Below are positions 30,244 to 32,000 of a stretch of 32,000 nt of DNA, in pieces. Within the stretch, counting starts at the first letter, position 1, and every line of letters starts with the position of its first letter. The translations under genes were made by a program, and so were the position numbers. The DNA is taken from NCBI RefSeq assembly GCF_000018305.1, contig NC_009954.1, positions 1,080,001 through 1,112,000 on the forward strand. Direction: 5' to 3'. A model generated the notes under the pieces. The model did not search any database and was not told the origin of the DNA. It saw nothing but the letters and a program-made list of their open reading frames with translations. The stretch is from Caldivirga maquilingensis IC-167. Its GTDB lineage: Archaea; Thermoproteota; Thermoprotei; Thermoproteales; Thermocladiaceae.

Positions 30244-30251
30244 TTAAAAAG
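30244..30251 (-). promoter_or_regulatory. TATA-like box for tnpB inside the IS left end
   Basis: Minus-strand ctttttaa centred about 27 nt upstream of ATG 30221. Confidence 0.35.
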
Positions 30252-30304
30252 ATTGCATTAAACCCACCTTAAAAACAAGACCCTCCACCCACGGTGTTAT
30301 AACC

Positions 30305-30315
30305 ATAACCAGTAC
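30305..30315. repeat. Direct repeat ATAACCAGTAC, copy 2 (flanks the IS left end)
   Basis: Identical to 28963-28973. Start-to-start spacing is 1342 bp. Confidence 0.9.
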
Positions 30316-30645
30316 TCAGAGCCGATACTAGGTGTAATCGTATGGATGACGTAAGGTTCTCCTCACTTTATCCCCAGGCTATAATCATTTACAAGTAGAC
30401 ATGTTTGCTACTGAATAATCCCTCTTCCTCATGCGGTAGTATCAAGATAACAGTATCCTTTAGGGTGCTGGCGCCAGGGTCTCGATATAATCAGGGTTAA
30501 CGACATGACTAAGTACCCTTACTATGGCTATGAAGGTGATTTCAAGCTTAAAGGATGTAGAGCTCAGATTCTATGCTGTGAAATTTCTGGAGTATCCGAG
30601 ATGCTGTGAAGTCATTAAATTATTACCAGAAGGATAAGGGTTAAG

Positions 30646-30675
30646 TTTATATTAAATTTCCTTAAAATTAAAATA
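30646..30675 (+). promoter_or_regulatory. A/T-rich promoter region for the restriction-modification-like gene
   Basis: tttatattaaatttccttaaaattaaaata lies immediately upstream of ATG 30687. It contains two candidate TATA boxes, centred about 37 and 21 nt upstream of the ATG. Confidence 0.3.
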
Positions 30676-30686
30676 GTGTCTCAGAT

Positions 30687-32000
30687 ATGGCTGCTCAACC
30701 TCAAATAAGCATTGATGATGTTTTAAACTGTTTTCTACAAGGCATTAGGGAGGCTAATAATGAGGAAGAGTTGAGGATCAGGATATCCAGGTGCATAGAG
30801 GATATGATCCTCGAGCCACTCGGCATAACACAGTACGGTGGTCGCTATGAGTACACCCTAGTCTCTGGGGCTAGGGTGGATGCCCTCTACGGACACGTAA
30901 TCATAGAATATAAAGCCCCAGGCAGACTCTCAACAAACACCGACATAACCAAGGCCAAGGACCAAGTCATAAACTACATTAAAACCGAGGCCGCCTCAAA
31001 AGCTGAGTGGGATAGGTATCTGGGTATTATAATCAGTGATAGAATAGCCTTCGTGAGGTACTACAAACCGCAGGATACCTGGATCCTAAGGGGCCCGTAT
31101 AACATTACCAGGGAGAGCATTATAAAGATTATTGAGGCCCTGAGGGGGCTAAGGAGGAAGGCGCTCAGTGTGGATAACCTCTTGAGGGACTTCGGCTCCC
31201 AGTCGGAACTTGCTGGGAGAGTTATTAGGGCGTTGTACAGGAGGCTCATTGAGACTGGGAACCCGAGGACTAGGGTGTTGTTTGAGGATTGGATGAGGCT
31301 CTTCAGACAAGCAACAGGTTATAGGCCTGAGGAGCTTGAGGAATTACCCACGTTGGCTCAGGAGTACGGGTTAGCCGATAATGTGAACTTCGATGCATTA
31401 ATATTCGCAATACAAACATACTACGCCTTCATACTAAAGCTCCTCGCCGCGGAGGTTGTTTACCTATACGGCGGTGGTAGGTTTTACATATCCTACATAG
31501 CCGATCTCGATGACGCATACACAAGGGGCAGTGTCAACGCCCTAAGGGATGAGCTTAGGGAGTTGGAAAGCGGTGGCATTTTTAGGCACTTCGGCTATGA
31601 GAATTTCCTAGAGGGTGATTACTTCTCCTGGTACCTGGAGGAGCTTGATGGGGAGCTTGCTGGGGCGCTGGCTGAGGTGATCAGGAGACTCTCGGACTAC
31701 GAGCCGGCAACGCCTCAATTAGAGCCCGAGTACGCTAGGGACCTACTCAAGAGACTTTACCAGGAATTAATGCCCCGCGACATAAGGCATAATCTTGGCG
31801 AGTACTACACGCCTGACTGGCTCGCTGACTTCCTACTCGATGAGGTGGGGCTTAGCCTAGGGAACCTCATGGAGATGGGTAAGGAGGACTCACTGAAGCC
31901 ACTGCAGCAACTGAGGGTTCTGGACCCGGCATGTGGCTCGGGCACCTTCCTAGTGAGGTACATAGCGAGGCTTAGGGCTTATGCCAGGGAGTACTTCCTG
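30687..32000 (+). CDS. Type IIG/IIL (MmeI-like) restriction-modification fusion enzyme or related defence methyltransferase, N-terminal 438 codons; 3' end outside window
   Basis: Not in the ORF track. My manual translation from ATG 30687 is open to base 32000. The N-terminus has D65-X8-E74-X-K76 (RVDALYGHVIIEYKAPG), a PD-(D/E)xK-type motif. A helical region follows. Then come the gamma-class N6-adenine MTase motif X (RHNLGEYYTPDWLADFLLDE) and motif I (RVLDPACGSGTFLV). Confidence 0.8.
   Translation, partial: MAAQPQISIDDVLNCFLQGIREANNEEELRIRISRCIEDMILEPLGITQYGGRYEYTLVSGARVDALYGHVIIEYKAPGRLSTNTDITKAKDQVINYIKTEAASKAEWDRYLGIIISDRIAFVRYYKPQDTWILRGPYNITRESIIKIIEALRGLRRKALSVDNLLRDFGSQSELAGRVIRALYRRLIETGNPRTRVLFEDWMRLFRQATGYRPEELEELPTLAQEYGLADNVNFDALIFAIQTYYAFILKLLAAEVVYLYGGGRFYISYIADLDDAYTRGSVNALRDELRELESGGIFRHFGYENFLEGDYFSWYLEELDGELAGALAEVIRRLSDYEPATPQLEPEYARDLLKRLYQELMPRDIRHNLGEYYTPDWLADFLLDEVGLSLGNLMEMGKEDSLKPLQQLRVLDPACGSGTFLVRYIARLRAYAREYFL

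Noticed and set aside
30505-30609. 34-aa plus-strand ORF (MTKYPYYGYEGDFKLKGCRAQILCCEISGVSEML) upstream of the RM-like gene, considered as a possible controller protein
   Set aside because: It is too short and has no HTH. It has no promoter-like box at the right distance. I kept it only as context for the ATGCTGTGAA repeats.
31061-31249. 62-aa minus-strand ORF
   Set aside because: It is antisense to the long open RM-like frame.

Overview
The window looks like chromosomal DNA from a hyperthermophilic crenarchaeon, probably Thermoproteales-like. This is an inference from AGG/AGA Arg and ATA Ile codon preference, A/T-rich TATA-like boxes about 25-30 nt upstream of many start codons, tightly overlapping operon genes, and archaeal marker genes (Rio2, Sec61beta, Brix/Imp4, uL30). 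Bases 1-28,600 are mostly housekeeping. They hold the tail of a MalK-like ABC ATPase, a decayed ahcY remnant, and a sugar ABC operon (binding protein plus two permeases) followed by a decayed glucose-dehydrogenase-like remnant. Next come an HTH-ThiN (ThiR-like) regulator, a saccharopine-dehydrogenase-family gene, tRNA-Leu(GAG), and a divergent DegT-aminotransferase / GT-C glycosyltransferase pair. A six-gene trp operon follows (trpA-B-D-F-E-G on the minus strand, no trpC, TrpB2-type beta subunit). After it come an aldo/keto reductase and a cluster of Sec61beta, an 81-aa ORF, a PUA protein and Rio2. The Sec61beta gene is 59 aa and is missing from the ORF track. The remaining genes are a DHDPS-like / ceramidase-like pair, an APC permease, Brix, uL30, a wHTH regulator and an SRPBCC protein. 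Bases 28,600-32,000 are the accessory part and the most interesting. A tnpB-only IS200/IS605 (IS1341-type) element with intact RuvC and Zn-finger motifs sits here, bracketed by a perfect 11-bp direct repeat. It appears to have replaced the last codons of a Thr-rich membrane ORF. Its tnpB 3' end carries nested GC-rich pairings (omega-RNA-like), and the tnpB 5' end carries two strong hairpins. A 371-bp non-coding spacer follows. After it, a long ORF runs off the window end (30687 to beyond 32000) and is absent from the ORF track. It encodes an N-terminal D-X8-E-X-K nuclease motif fused to a gamma-class N6-adenine DNA methyltransferase (EYYTP, LDPACGSGTFL), so it resembles an MmeI-type IIG/IIL restriction-modification or defence enzyme. 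No CRISPR array and no rRNA gene were seen.
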